DNA from: Octopus sinensis
Lineage: Eukaryota
DNA length: 64,000 nucleotides
Assembly: GCF_006345805.1 (NCBI RefSeq)
Contig: NC_043004.1
Coordinates: 49,352,001 to 49,416,000, forward strand
Reading direction: 5' to 3'
The notes beneath the pieces are model-generated. The model saw nothing but the letters and a program-made list of their open reading frames with translations, had not been told where the DNA came from and searched no databases. Positions 49,335 through 63,139 of the stretch are shown one piece after another. A program made the position numbers and the translations under genes. The number at the start of each line of letters is the position of its first letter. The stretch's first letter is position 1.

Positions 49335-49735
49335 AGGTGCAGGTGTGGCTGTGTGGTAAGAAGCTTGCTTCCCAACCACATAGTTCTGGATTCAGTCCCA
49401 TTGCATGGCCCCTTGGGCAAGTGCCTTCTTCTATAGCCTCATGTCAACCAAAGCCTTGTGATTGGATTTGGTAGATGGAGACTGAAAGAAATCTGTCACA
49501 CACACACACACACACACATACATGTGCATGTAAGTCTCTTTGTCCCCCATCACCACTTGACAACCAGAGTTGGTGTGTTTATGTCCTTGTAACTTAGCGG
49601 ATCAGTAAAAGAGACTGATAGAATAAGTACTAGGCTTTAAAGAAAAAATGTCTTGGGTTGATTTGCTTGACCAAAACCTTTCAAGGTGGTGGTTCAGCAT
49701 GGCTACAGTCATGATTGAAGCAAGTAAAAAAATAA
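49335..49735 (+). mobile_element. Older S1 SINE
   Basis: Head and tail match S1 with CpG->TpG changes. Confidence 0.8.
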
Positions 49736-49750
49736 ATGTATATATATATA

Positions 49751-50145
49751 TACTAGCAGTATCGCCCGGCGTTGCTCGGGTTTGTAAGGGAAATAACTAT
49801 ATAAGCATTTTTAGAGATGTAAAGTATAATAGCCATCTCAATATGGCTAACCACAAAGGGGGGGGGGGGTGTTACTGTAGCTTTTTACGTTCTGAGATTT
49901 AATAATAAATTTTTAGAGAGTTACTTCCCTTATATATGCCAAAAATGCATTAAAAATGGGAAAAATTGATGGTAAATTTTTTTTTAAATCGTAGACTCAC
50001 CGTAGACGCGTGCTAATACCCAGAAGGGCTCGATATGAATCACGACTATAAGATACCCAGTTTTGGTTAAACTGCACCGCAAAATGTGGGAGTAGTTAGG
50101 AATCTAAATCGTAGGAGACAGACAGCACACAACCTCACTTATATA
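49751..50145 (+). mobile_element. Non-autonomous Helitron/Helentron-like element in a (TA)n tract
   Basis: Starts tactagcagtatcgcccggcgttgctcggg (short subterminal hairpin) and ends ...gacagacagcacacaacctcactt(AT)n; no TSD or TIR; CpG-rich relative to flanks. Confidence 0.5.
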
Positions 50146-50924
50146 TATATATTAATTTATTGATTAGCAAGCTTTGAGCCTTAATCAGCTATAAGTTATA
50201 AAAAAAATATGCTGTGATCATTGATAAATTTGATTCTCTTTGCTTTTCCTGGATATTGGTATGGTTGCATTAGTAGTCATTATTCCTGAAGAAAGCATCG
50301 GAAATGGTCAAGTCAGAAACTGTTTGACAACATTTGCAAAGAATATTACTCAGCAACTTGTCTGCTGCTTAGTCCTATGTTTGTTTTACCATGTTTTTGT
50401 GTTGTCAAGAAAATATGGTGAAATCCCATCCTACTGAAAATATATACATCACTGTATGGCAACGATGACTAGCCTAGCTGAAACACCCTATATCTAGCAC
50501 TAGCCACACCTTACATTACAAATTTTTGTGCGTTATTGCATCATAAAGCACAGTTGTGTTGATTAGTGGTCACTTCCGCATGAAATGTTTCATCTAACCA
50601 GATTTTGTGATATCATTACCAAAACATTCTAATATATTCTTCTAGAATTGAGCTCAATGGCTAAATTGTCAGCATTAAATGTTTGTATGACTCGAGAAAT
50701 AATCATCATCATTTTAACATCTAGATTAACATGTCTGCGTGGCTTAGGCAGAATTCATTGAAATGAATTTTATATGACCAGATGCCTTTCCTGTTTCCAA
50801 GCAAGGTAATATTTCCCAGTGACCGGACATATTTTTCAGAGAAGATTGAAAACAAACTACACTTCTATGACATTCATTTACAACTTTGTGTGCTGCCAAG
50901 GAAGGAGACAAACGCACTCACATA

Positions 50925-51640
50925 TGAGGTACATTCAAAAAAGTATCAGACTTTCTTTTTTCCTGCTAAAACTAATGCTGTGTGTGAAGTAGGAATCCTT
51001 TGGGTGGGAAGTGACATCATTCTTTCCTATGTATGCATGAAAATTTTCACACCACTAAGCTGTTATGCCTAGAGTATGGATGTGTAGCACGTGCTCATCA
51101 GATTTTTGTTTTCACCAAACACATTGAGCAAAGATATTGTATTAAGTTTTGCTAAAAACTTGGTGACACTGAAGCTCAAACCTTCCAAAAGACTCAACAG
51201 GCCTTTGATGGTGATGCCATGAGCAAAGCTCAGATCAATGAATGGTACAACCACTTCAAACATGGCTGCACCTTGGTGGAGAGTTAGGCATGCTCAGGTA
51301 GGCCATCCACAAGCCGAAACAAAGAGCCAGTTGAGAAAGTTTGGTGAATAGTCATGGAAGACTGTTGTGAAGCAAAGTAGAAATAAGGACAGAATCAGTG
51401 TATTCCATTTTAATGCAGGATTTGTACATGTAGAGAGTTTCAGCAAAATTCCTCCGTAAGGTGCTGGTGGATCAGCAGAAGCAACCCTGCATGGAAATTA
51501 CTCAGGACATGCTGAACTGTACAAACCATGACTCAGACTCCATGAAGACTATTATCACTGGGGATGAGACATGGGTTTATGGTCTCTGCTCATTGCATTC
51601 ACTGACCTTACATGAAAATGAAAATCCAACAAGCATGCAC
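50925..51640 (+). mobile_element. Decayed mariner, N-terminal half
   Basis: IEQRYCIKF..EWYNHFKHG..SGRPSTSRN..IITGDETWVYG. Confidence 0.8.
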
Positions 51641-53089
51641 CACATGTTTGTACTCTAGGTATAACAGCTGGGAACTGGTGCTGCCTACTGATGCAAAAAT
51701 TTCCATGCATGTGCAGGAAGGGTGGTGCAACCTCCCACCCAAAGGATTTTGCCCATGGGACATTAGTTTTTGCGGGAAGAAATAGTTGGATACTTTTTGC
51801 ATGCACCTCATACCCATATATGGCAAGCTCCTTTCAGTATGTCTGCCAAATCTAATCTCAAGGCTTTGGTTGGCTTGAAGCCATGATACAAGACATTTTA
51901 CTAAGGTGCCATGCAGTAGGACCGAACTCAAAAGTATGCAGTTTGAAAGTGAACTTTTTTATTGCACAATCATGCCAGCACTTCATTTACAATAATTGAT
52001 TTGGGATTTAACAAAGAAATTAATAAAATATAAGGAAAAGATGCCAAAGCAAATGTAACTTAAAGGAATAAAATAGAACTCTAAATGGCATCCTGACATT
52101 GTAGGCAATACTAAATACTAAAGTGATGCATTATAAACCTTCAGAATGCAATGCAAATGGTATTTGGCTGATGTTCAATTGAGATGAACCATGCATAAGA
52201 GATGTATGAAAATGTTTGTTGTTCATAACATTGGCTGTTTGACATTGTTCTGCAGTGCTACATTTTCTGAAATGAAATTCTGTATATAGAATTCCACCCA
52301 ATAGTTTTTTTTATAATGTTATCCATAGCATATAACATCCTATATACATGTAATTCCATACATGCATAAATGTATGTATGTGGATTTCTCAATTACACGC
52401 ACACACACACCTCTCTCTCCCTCCCTCCCTCCCCCCTCTCTCTATAATTATATGTGAGTTACTTGGTGACCTCATTAGTGTTGGGTTCATGAAAAAAAGC
52501 ACCCAGTACACTCTGTAAAGTGGTTAGAATCAGGAAAGGCATCAAGCCATAGAAACATTGCCAAAACAGATGTTAGAGACCACCACAGCCCTCAGGCTAT
52601 TCGGATTTTGTTGAACCATCCAAAACATGCCAGCATGAAATATGGACATAAAATGATGATGATGACATATATATATAGAATTTGTTTGTGTGAAATTCCG
52701 TACTCAGTACACATGTGTGTCTGAAGTGTAAAGAGGGCGTTATATTTGTGTGTTGTTTGAAATGTCCACTTAGGCCTTCACCAGGGAAAGAAAACTCATC
52801 TTCTCCACTTAATGTCTTATTATCTATTTATAGTATATAGAATCAGCTAAACTTGTCCCTCTGATTTGCATAATAGTGCACGTGCTGACAATGTGGGTTA
52901 ATTAATTCATTTATAGTGCACTACATATTACTTTTGGATAATTTGAGAGTAAGATATACATTTTTAACCTCCCTGTAGGAAGTTTCTCCATGAGTGGAAA
53001 ACAGTGACTAGATTTGACTAGTTTTAAGTCTTCTTAGGCTTTTATTAACTCTTTAGTATTCAAATTACTCTTTCAAATATCGGAGACCC

Positions 53090-53410
53090 CCTTCGGTCAC
53101 GACACAGACCATGGGATTGCACCTAGAAAGTTACCCTCCTAGACACAAGTCCGGGCGAGGTTATTTATGGAAGACCAGCAGTCGCCCATGCATACCAGCC
53201 TCCCCTCTCCACACCACCAATATTATCCAAGGGGAAGACAAAGGTCGATACAGCTTGGCACCAGTGACATCGCAACTCATTTCTACAGCTGAGTGAACTG
53301 GAGCAACGTGAAATAAAGTGCCTTGCTCAAGAACACAACACGCAGCCCAGTCCGGGATTCGAGCTCACAACCTCATGATTGTAAGCTCGACGCTCTAACC
53401 ACTGAGCCAT
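53090..53410 (-). mobile_element. Fairly young S3 SINE (tRNA head plus conserved central domain)
   Basis: Minus strand atggctcagtggttagagc..gagctcgaatccc (A/B boxes), then gtgttgtgttcttgagcaaggcac..ttgctccagttcactcagctgtagaaatgag, resembling V/Meta-type SINE cores (assignment unverified). Confidence 0.8.
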
Positions 53411-53813
53411 TATATTCTTTCAAATATAATGTTGAATTATTCACATTATTTTGAATTAATCCTGCATTATTTTGTGGCTTCAAGATTTCAGTGATGTGAT
53501 AATATATTTTGGGAATGACATCGTTGGGTAGATGTGGGAGGCCAGTTGTAGCCAGTTTGGACATAAAACAGGTAGAATATTTGGACTGGATATGGCAGAT
53601 TTAAATGCTAAAGGGTTAGAGAAAGAATAACCATCTATCCATAGAAAGATTAGCAGGTTAGTTTCATGTTGTCTTTTAGAATTCCTTTGTCCAGATGTTT
53701 CTTGTATCTATCACTTTCACATCAACTAGTTCTCTTCATATTTGCTTAGGTTAAATTGATGGTGTTGAAACATTGCCACCATCAACACCACAATACCTTC
53801 TCTGGTCTTCCAA

Positions 53814-53844
<31 letters not shown>

Positions 53845-56529
53845 TCATGGCTACTGTTCTTCTCTCTCACTCTCTGTTGTATTCCTCTCACTCGTTTCTG
53901 CATTGTCAGTTCATATGAAATGACTTCAACTCGTTAGTGGGTTTGGTTTAATTAGCTATACTTCTTCTACAAATATGTTATCGTTTTATCTATACTCATC
54001 GTGTGTTGCTGAAGAGTGGTTATTTAGGGTTATTTCTGCTCCATTGTTAGTACTTTCAACTTATTCCCTTCAAACTGTATGTATTGATTACATTTAGCTC
54101 TGCAAAGTCCTAGTGGCAACACATAAACTATTAAACCCTTTTGTTGTTGTCCAATACTTTATTGACTCATCTCTGATAATCTGTGTTAGGTTAGTGACTA
54201 CTTAAAGTTGCTAACCAGTATTTCCAGTAACTGTACAGTTGATGTAGGTAGGTGTGGAATGACAAGGAACACCCAAGCAGGATTCATACACAGCAAATAT
54301 CTCCTTGTTGACAGTGAATAACTAAGACAAAATAGCCTTACATTGTGGAGCTTTAATAGTGTCTGTCCAACATAAATCCATAGAATGGACAGTATAGCCA
54401 CAGCAGTCATGACTATCTTGATGGATTATTTCAGGACAGTTGAGCTTCAGAAATTCTACACCGTGTCATCTTAAAGAAAAAGAGAGGATTCACTGGGTGA
54501 TGTTGTCTTGTAAATCCCCAAAATGGTTATGGCTAGAATACCTCTAATCAAAGTTGACCTGGAACTAAGCATATAGAACCCGGAGAAACTTGGAAAAATA
54601 ATTTTCTAACATAAGCACAAGGCCATCCATTTCAAGTCGAGGGGACTTATTAAATATGCCAATCCCAGTTCTTGACTGATCCTTTATTTTATCGACCCTG
54701 AAAGGATGAACAGCAAAGTTGACCCTGGTAGGATTTGAATTTAGAATGTTAAGAGCCAGGAGATATACCACAAAGTACTTCATCCCATGCTCTAACAATT
54801 CTGTCAGCTCAATGAAACAAAGAAAAGTTTGGACAGATTTAGCTTATTTTTAGAAATATAAAGATAATTTGCAAGTGGCAAACTCCACTGGAGTGATAGT
54901 GCTTACATATATGTGTGTCTCTGTGTGTATTTGTGTGTGTATGTATGTATGTATGTATATGTGGTTTATATACAAAAGATATAACCTATATTATCTATAT
55001 AATAGACTATATATAATATATATAAGCATGCTTGTCATAAACTAATGAATGAACCTAGAAGCCAACATTCCATGCAGTCACCTGACCAGTTCACCATAGC
55101 AACCAAGTGTCTCACAATAAATGTGTTAGAATCTCTAAAATAGTAGTCACATATCTTTAGTCCAAAACTGTCAAGCAACATTTTTATAATATAGACAAGA
55201 TGGCTGTGGATGGTGACTTTGATAGAAAGCTTCATTTGGTCCATGAACATCAGTGTGTTTAAGCTGAGCTACATAGTAACATAATCCTTTTCTTCTACCT
55301 TGAGTGCAAGGCCTGAAACTTTTTGGGAGGGGCCTGGTTGATTACATTGACCCCAGTACTTAACTGGAACTTTATTTTATCAATCTCCAAAAGATGAAAG
55401 GTTAAGTCAACCTCAGTGGTATCTAGACTCACAACATAACAAGTCAGAAGAAATACTGCTGAGCATTTCGTCCATCACGGTAGCTATTCTATCAGCCAGC
55501 CACCTTTATATATAATTGTGGGCTGTTAGGAATCCTTGTAGGATTCGAATATTGCATGAGATCTTGCAAGTACCAACTGCTGATGACCCATTATGGGAGC
55601 CCTTATGTGACCACTCAACTTGCTTAAAATAGCAGTCAAAGCTCTTTATTGCACCTAGTTGTCTTGCAACAGAAAATGGAAAAAGAACAGATACATTGGA
55701 TACAATCTAAGATACAATTCAGCTAGAAAAAGATATGATGATATTCAGCTGTAATGCCTTTGAATGGAAATTTGTTCACTCATAGCTGACCTCTCGTTAA
55801 ACAATAACAACTAACTGCTGTTATATCTGTATGATAGAAGTCTAGTGTCACCGAATCAATCCTTCACTTTAGATTTGTATTGAACAATGTCTTGTGAGTG
55901 AAATTTGGTTGATAGACCCTGCACAGAAGCCTAGTGTATGTGTTTGTGTGTGTGTAGAGGTTTGTGTGCATGCATTCATATATGCACACGTGTTTGTCTC
56001 TGCATGTCTTTGCAAAAAGTGATGTTCATTTAAGTCTCTTGCTTTGACATGTGAAAAACCATTGGGATAAAGTCCCTTACTTGAAAACAAGTAAAAGTTG
56101 GTACTAAGAAAGGCATCTAACCTTTGAATACTGCCTCAAGAAGTTATCATCCAATGTATGCCAGCATGGAATAAGCTGACATAAAAATGATGATGGTACA
56201 TGTATGTGTGTGTGTGTGTGTGTGTTGTTTTCCTGTTCACTTTTAGGGCATTGTAAGTGTGTATCTTAGTGTATTTTTAATTTTGAGTACTTAGAGTGTG
56301 TCTGGCTAATTATCTCTGTCAATTGTAATGTACTTCTAGAATTGGTGTAGATTGGTTGAGATAGTTGGTTCCTTTCACTTGCAGAGACTTCTTTATGTTT
56401 TGGAAGAAATATATTTAGCTTATGAACTCTGTTTACTATAGGAAAAGCTAGAAATAAGTTATTTTCCTGAAATATTGCAGAAGTGAATCCAAAGGCCAAG
56501 TCTTCAGCAACAGTGCTTATAATAATAAT

Positions 56530-57075
56530 AATAATTAATAGTAATAATCCTTTCTACTAGAGTCACAAGCCCTGAAATTTTGAGGGATGGGGAAAGTCGA
56601 TCACATCGACCCCAGTACTTGTTTGGTACTTATATTTATTAATTCTGAAAATTTATTGATCTTAATCTTGGCCTTGGTGGAATTTGAACTCTGAATGTAA
56701 AAGATAGGCGAATGGACCAGTAGATTTTGAGAGGAGAGGTAGTAGCCAATTCTATCGACCCCAATCCTTCAGTGGTACTTTCAAAGGTGAAAGGTAAAGT
56801 TGACCTCAGCAGGATTTGAACTCAGACTGTAAAGTGATGGAAATAATAATAATAATAGTGGTTTCAAAATTTGGTACAAGGCTAACAATTTTAGTGGAGT
56901 GATTGGGTCAGTTACTGTGACTTCCCCTCCAATTTCAGCTGGTAAGTATTTTATTGACCTTGAAAGGATGATAAGGCAAAGCCAACATCAGTAGAATTTG
57001 AGCTCAGAATGGAAATAGTAGAAGAAATGCTACTATGCATTTTGTCCAATATGCTAATGATTCTGCCAGCTTTTT
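56530..57075 (-). mobile_element. Cluster of S2 SINE copies
   Basis: Three partial copies separated by (AAT)n tails. Confidence 0.75.
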
Positions 57076-58547
57076 CCTCATCATACTCAACACACTGCTC
57101 AGTCTTGGAATTGAAATTACGATCTTACAGTTGTGTTATAAAAAAAAAAAAAAAAAAGAACCCAGGAAAATAAAAGGACCAATTAAGTTGAAAATTCTCT
57201 TTCATGATGTTTGCCTAAATGGTGATTGGCTGATAGGCCACCGTGCGCACAAGCTTCACTACATAGACACTGTCTTTAGGGGTGACCCAAGAGTTATGGG
57301 TCTTGTTTCATTGTTTCGCCTTAGGTCAAACCTGATTGAGCAGATTGTATTTAAACCAGGATCATCTTGTCATTGTCCCAGGTATAATGTATCCTTAATT
57401 CATGTCTCCTTCCCTCTTGTAAGATAGTAAGGTGTAATTTGAAGGGGATTTAACTGCTACTTTTAGCAAGTCATGTTCTTTAGCTCATTTGTGTATGTAC
57501 TCATGTGTGTCTGTGTGTATATACAGTAAAAGATTTTGTTTTGATAATCTGAATACAGTAGTGGCTTCATGGGATCTAAGGACGGTGTCTTGTATGTAAA
57601 ATGTTGATGAATCAAAGGAACTTGATACTATGTTATTTTACTTTTATTATCTTTTATCTTTTACTTGTTTCAGTAAAACAACATAGCTGTGACCATGTTG
57701 GGATACCGCCTTGAATTTTAATCAAATTAACTCCAGAACTTATTGTTTTTAAGCCTGGTTCTTATTAAGTCAGTCTCTTTTACTGAACCACTAAATTACA
57801 GGGATGTAAACACACCAACACTGGTTGTGAAGGTGTGATGTGGAACAAACACAGACACACACATCAGTATAAATATCTATCTATAATACATTAAAAATGG
57901 ACTTCAATCTTGCTTGCTTGCAATATTACACAGCCAAACAGGCGCAAAATGGGAAAATACTTTGAAAGTAAAGTGCCCCTGAAATGTGAATACAAATGGA
58001 ATAAAACAAGTTTCACATAAATTGGACCAGTGGTTATTGAGATATTTGGGTGCATAAAGGAAAATACTCTGAAAATGACTTAACCCTGAAAGGGAAGAAA
58101 CTCTAACCTTTCCGTTAGACACATTATGATGGGCAAAATATTTTTAAGTGAAAATAACTTTAAAAACACAGTAAATATTTCATAAAAGGCCCATTTGTAA
58201 CCTTGACGTGAAATAGTTTTTTTTCCATAGGTTTCTTTTGAGGGCATCCACTGTATGTCACTTCCAAAGATTTGGCTGCTATTTCTATCACGCCCTGCTA
58301 CTACGTAACAGCTATTTGTTATTAAAGGACCCGAAATTTCTGTGTTACATGGTAGCAGTGCATGCAAGAAATAGCAGCCAAATCTTTCCTTTTCTAGGGA
58401 AAGGAGCTGTTGAAGCATGATTTTGTTGTTATATTCATTGAAAGCATGCAAAATAACATGGAAAAGGGAAAAAAAAAACCCATGAAACAAAACTCCATTG
58501 GTAGGAAACTCAGACTTCTCTGGTGACCCAACGGGTTATGGGTAGTC

Positions 58548-58592
<45 letters not shown>

Positions 58593-58689
58593 GAGTGGGC
58601 TTCTTTCAGTTTCCATCTACCAAATCCACTCATAAGCTTTAGTCAACCCACTGTTAGAAATCATTATTATTATTATTATTATTAAAAAC

Positions 58690-58920
58690 AAGGTGGTGAG
58701 CTGGCAGAATTGTTAGCACGCTGGGCAAAATGCTTAGCGGCATTTTGTCTGTCTTTACACTCTGAGTTCAAATTCTGCCGAGATCAACTTTGCCTTTTAT
58801 CCTTTCAGAGTTGATGAAATAATTACCAGTTGTGCACTGGGGTCGATGTAATCGACTAGCACCCACCCCAAAGTTTCAGGCCTTGTGTCTAGAGTAGAAA
58901 AGATTGTTATTATTATTATC
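58690..58920 (+). mobile_element. Full-length S2 SINE in an (ATT)n tract
   Basis: ggtggtgagctggcagaattgttagc..gagttcaaattc..aggccttgtgtctagagtagaaaagattgttattatt. Confidence 0.88.
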
Positions 58921-60164
58921 ATGAAAGAGATAGTAAAGTAGCAGAAATGATTGTGTTAGACGAAATGAATTTTTCTGTTTTGTTATATCCTTTTTTTATG
59001 TTCTGAATTTATACCCACCTTACGGTGACTTTGTCTTCAATCCTTCATGTGATTCAGTGGTGCTCAATAATGAAATAAAGGTACCAGTAATTATGGTAGA
59101 GCTGTATACATCAGATTTATTCAGTTATTAACTTTTACCTTTTACTTGTTTATTAGACTGTGGCCATGCTGGGGCACTGCCCTGAAGAATTTTTAGTCGA
59201 ACTTATTGCCATTTTGTAAAGCCTGGTACTTATTCTGTCACTTTTGTCGAACTGCTAAGTTACGAGGATGTAAACACACCGATACCGGTCGTCAAGTGCT
59301 GCTGGGGGACAAATGTATACATAAAGACACATACATACGACTGACTTCTTTCAGTTTCCACCTACTAAATCTACTCAGAAGGTTTTAGTCAGCCCAAGGC
59401 TACTATAGAAGACACTTCCCAAGGTGTCACGCAGTGGGATTGAACCCAGAACCATGTAGTTGGGAAACGAACTTCTTACTCCTCCACCTCTGCCTATATA
59501 TATATTAATTATGTCTCTTTATGTTATGAGTTGAATCTTGTCTGCAATTCTTATTTGGCGAGGAGATGGTGATCAATGAAAAAGCTATCAGTAATATTTG
59601 TGGCCTGTTTAGTTGGCAAAGAAACTAGATGCCTTACACTGTATGGTAGTTCCTACCAGATGCGTTGTGAAATGAAACCCTCTTGTAATTTGATTTAGTC
59701 TCTCAATAGAATTAGTAAAGTTGAATATAAAAGGTCGATTCTATTGACTAGTTGAGCGAATTCTGTTGGCCGAACGAAGTTGTCTCTACATAGTTGCTGG
59801 ACCAACTAAAAATAGCAGCTACATCTCTCTCACAAATTAAAAACTAAACCATACTATCTTCAAAAAAAAAAAAAAATAGATAAAGCGAACCATATCTAAA
59901 TAAAAGATGGGATGGTCATGCAGTTGGAACGTCTTTGATCAAAAATTTAATGGATCAGAGTTGACTGATTTGGGGCTTAAATAACAACGTCTGTAGTTTT
60001 TATCGGTCGCATATTTTACATAATGACCTGCAGACAGTTTAAAATAATTGTTTGTGTTCTTTCACTCTCGGAATTTGCTGTTTAGTGAAATGTTTTTTTA
60101 TTAATTATATATACTGTCACCTCGATTTATTTCCGGATTGTTTGTGAAGAAAAACCTGTTTACC

Positions 60165-60350
60165 TGTTAAATTTGGTTGCTGCTGCTGCTGCTTCTGTTG
60201 TTGATATTGTTGAAGCTACCACTGTTTTGCCCCCGGTGACCTTTGATCCTGTAGACTTTTTTCAAACAAGGGTTTCAGTCATGACAATGCTGTTTTATTT
60301 TTTACTTATTTATTTTCCCTTTTTCTTCCCCGCCTGTCAGCTATCTATTC
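60165..60350 (-). other. Candidate non-coding first exon of a minus-strand transcript
   Basis: TTAACAG|gtaaac donor at ~60165, (GCA)n run, CpG-retaining unique flank; no ATG-initiated frame reaches the donor. Confidence 0.25.
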
Positions 60351-60912
60351 AACCCGACCTTTTAATAAAGTCAGTAGGGTGTGATGCGAAAGAGACTTGC
60401 CTATTATTTTTAGCAAGTCAAGCGGCTCTCGTCTTTGCTGTATGTTTATGTCGCTTGTCCCTGAGTATATGTCATCAGCTTTGTTCACCTATGGCCCCCA
60501 GGCAGGTAGATAATTAATTTTTTTTTTCTAATCCAGAAACAACCCACATGTCCATTAGCCTAAATGTACTGATAAAAATATCTGGTGTTTAAGTGTATGT
60601 GTTGACCTACATCTAATTATTTTGATTCATCCTCAGAAGAGGCCCTCTTAACTTAATTTGAGACATACTGCCCTTAAAATTTACGGCTTCAAATTTGTAC
60701 TCTATCAACTTGAAAGACAATGCTGACACCTGTTCTTGAACCAGAGCTTTATTAGTAGAAAGGATTGTTGTTATTATTGCTATAATGTGGATCCTCATCC
60801 AGCTGTATGTTGTTGTGGGCACTGTAATATTTCTTGTTACTATTATGTTGTGGTGGTATTCTGCGTCTTATCTTTGTCTCATCTATCGTGCTATCTCCAC
60901 AAGACGGCTTTG

Positions 60913-61327
60913 AGATCTTTTCGGTTTGAACGGCAGTTTTTAACATAATTTCTAGGTAACTAAAAAATTTTAAACTTCGTATACTGGTAGAATGTGTTTA
61001 TAAAACATCTTTTTCTCTTGGCTTTATTGAGAAAATTCTGTAGTTTGTAAGATATTTGTTGTTTTTTCTTCAATTTCTGCAATTTCAACCAATCAATGAC
61101 GTCCATTGAGGTAAAAAAAAAAACACATTCTGTGCCGTATGAATATGTCCCTCGTTTAAGAAACAGATTGGGTTTATTTACATTTGTGAAGAAAAAAATA
61201 TACCCTTCCCCCCACTGCTAACCCTAACCCAGATTGAAATGCAATAGATCAATACTAGGGTCATAATTATGGGTGACAATTTCATATACACCACTAGAAA
61301 AAACTGTCATTCAAACCGAAAAGATCC
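60913..61327. mobile_element. 415-bp copy of the GGATCTTTTC MITE
   Basis: TSD cggctttg (60905-60912, 61328-61335); same internal sequence as 4394-4825 with a shorter CCCTAA run. Confidence 0.9.
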
Positions 61328-61435
61328 CGGCTTTGTAACATGTTCCTCAACGGTAACTTGAACTTGTATAGATCACGTAACTGACACCGACTCCAGCTGA
61401 GAACTTGTTCAACTACGCTACTACTTCTGAATATA

Positions 61436-62400
61436 TTGAGTTGGCAACTAAGTTTCCGCTGTTTTTTAAAATTAAAAATTTTTTAAAGGTTTAATAAAAA
61501 ACAACAACTAATTAATCAATAATGTATTCACCCTTGTTTACAACTTCTTCCTAACGTTCTACAAGATTTTCAATACCTCGTTGGTAGAAATCACCCGATT
61601 TCAACTTAAAAAATTGATCCAACTAAGCTCTCAGTTCTGTATCAGTATTGAATGAAATTCCGCGCATAGCGTTTGAAAGAGATCGAAAGAGGTGGAAATC
61701 CGTTGGTGCCAAATCAGGAGAGAGTGGCGGGTGTGGCAGCACTTCCCAGCCATGCGTTTGAATGGCTTCCATGGTCATATTGGCGATATGAGGGTGGGTA
61801 TCGTTGTGCAGCAGAAGAACTCCATGCTGCTGATTAGGTCTTTTCTCTTGAATAGCCATGTTGAGTCGTTCCATCTGTTGAATATAAAGTTCCGCGTTGA
61901 CCGTTTGGTTCCGTTCAAGCAATTCATAATGGATAATCCTTTCCCAGTCCCACCGTATACACAACATCTTTTTACGTGAATGAAAATCTTGTTCCACGCG
62001 CGGTGTCGCTTGTTTACCGGGGCTAAGCCATTCCTTACGCTGCTTCATATTGATGTACATGTACCAAGATGGAATAAAGGGGCTTTTGCTAGCTTATCTC
62101 TCTGAAAAAATAGCTCCCTTTTCTGTTGAAAAAAATAAACTCGCAGAGGGGAAGTTCCAATGTCTCATTTCAATTTCATTACACCATTTATGTGGTTGTT
62201 TCTGACAAGAAATTTCATTTTCATGTAAAGCAATTATATTTTGTAATCATTATCCGCAATCTACTCTCAAAACACATCACTAGCTCTACCGCTTGCAAAC
62301 TTATATGTTGTATGATCATTAAAGTGCAATGACCTCCACAATAACCGGCCTTCAATTTGATTTTCCGTTCCTAGGTTAATCAGAAACGTAGATTGCCATG
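61436..62400 (-). mobile_element. Internally deleted mariner
   Basis: TA|ttgagttggcaactaa end; KMLCIRWDWERIIHYELL..EVLPHPPLSPDLAPTDFHLFRSLSN. Confidence 0.88.
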
Positions 62401-62634
62401 CTATTCATAAACCTTCTTGGTAATTCGATTATTTGGTGAAGGAAATACCAGCAAAGCAACTTAAACCATCCAAAGGACAGGTGCGTTTGCTGGTATATAT
62501 ACATAAATAAAATTAATATAAACAGCAGTTTGCAAGGTTTCACCAAAAAGGAGAATTATAATTGTCACTAAATGTGACTAGGGTGTTATAAAATATAAAC
62601 AATAGTCTGCAATGTTTCACTGTTTCTAACACCC

Positions 62635-62722
<88 letters not shown>

Positions 62723-63139
62723 TAAAAGATTTTTTTAATGTTTTGTTGAATTAAACAATCATTAAGTATTTGTAATTACTGCATTACATCAATGATTTAC
62801 AAATTGAAAAATACTTCTCCAGCCCCATCACCAAGAGCTTTGTGAAAATTCCCCGCCCAACTTTGTATTAACAAGAAAACAAAACAGTTTGCATCCATGT
62901 AGTTCTTTCTTTACCATGGCTTCATACAAGTATTATTTCATTAATTACACCAATTTTCTTTGGCTTCTTTTCTATCCTCACCTGCCTCCCCCCCCTACCA
63001 CCACCACCATGAGAAACACTGCTTTATATGCATATTTTTGATCGTATCACTTGTATTTATGATACTATACATTATTAGATTTATACTTTTATGTGAAACT
63101 ACCAAAGATACATACTGTGTGAATAAATGTACCAGTTCT

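Noticed and set aside
53350-53410. tRNA-like sequences (also 28600-28676, 40211-40260)
   Set aside because: They are SINE heads joined to repeat bodies; no complete cloverleaf.
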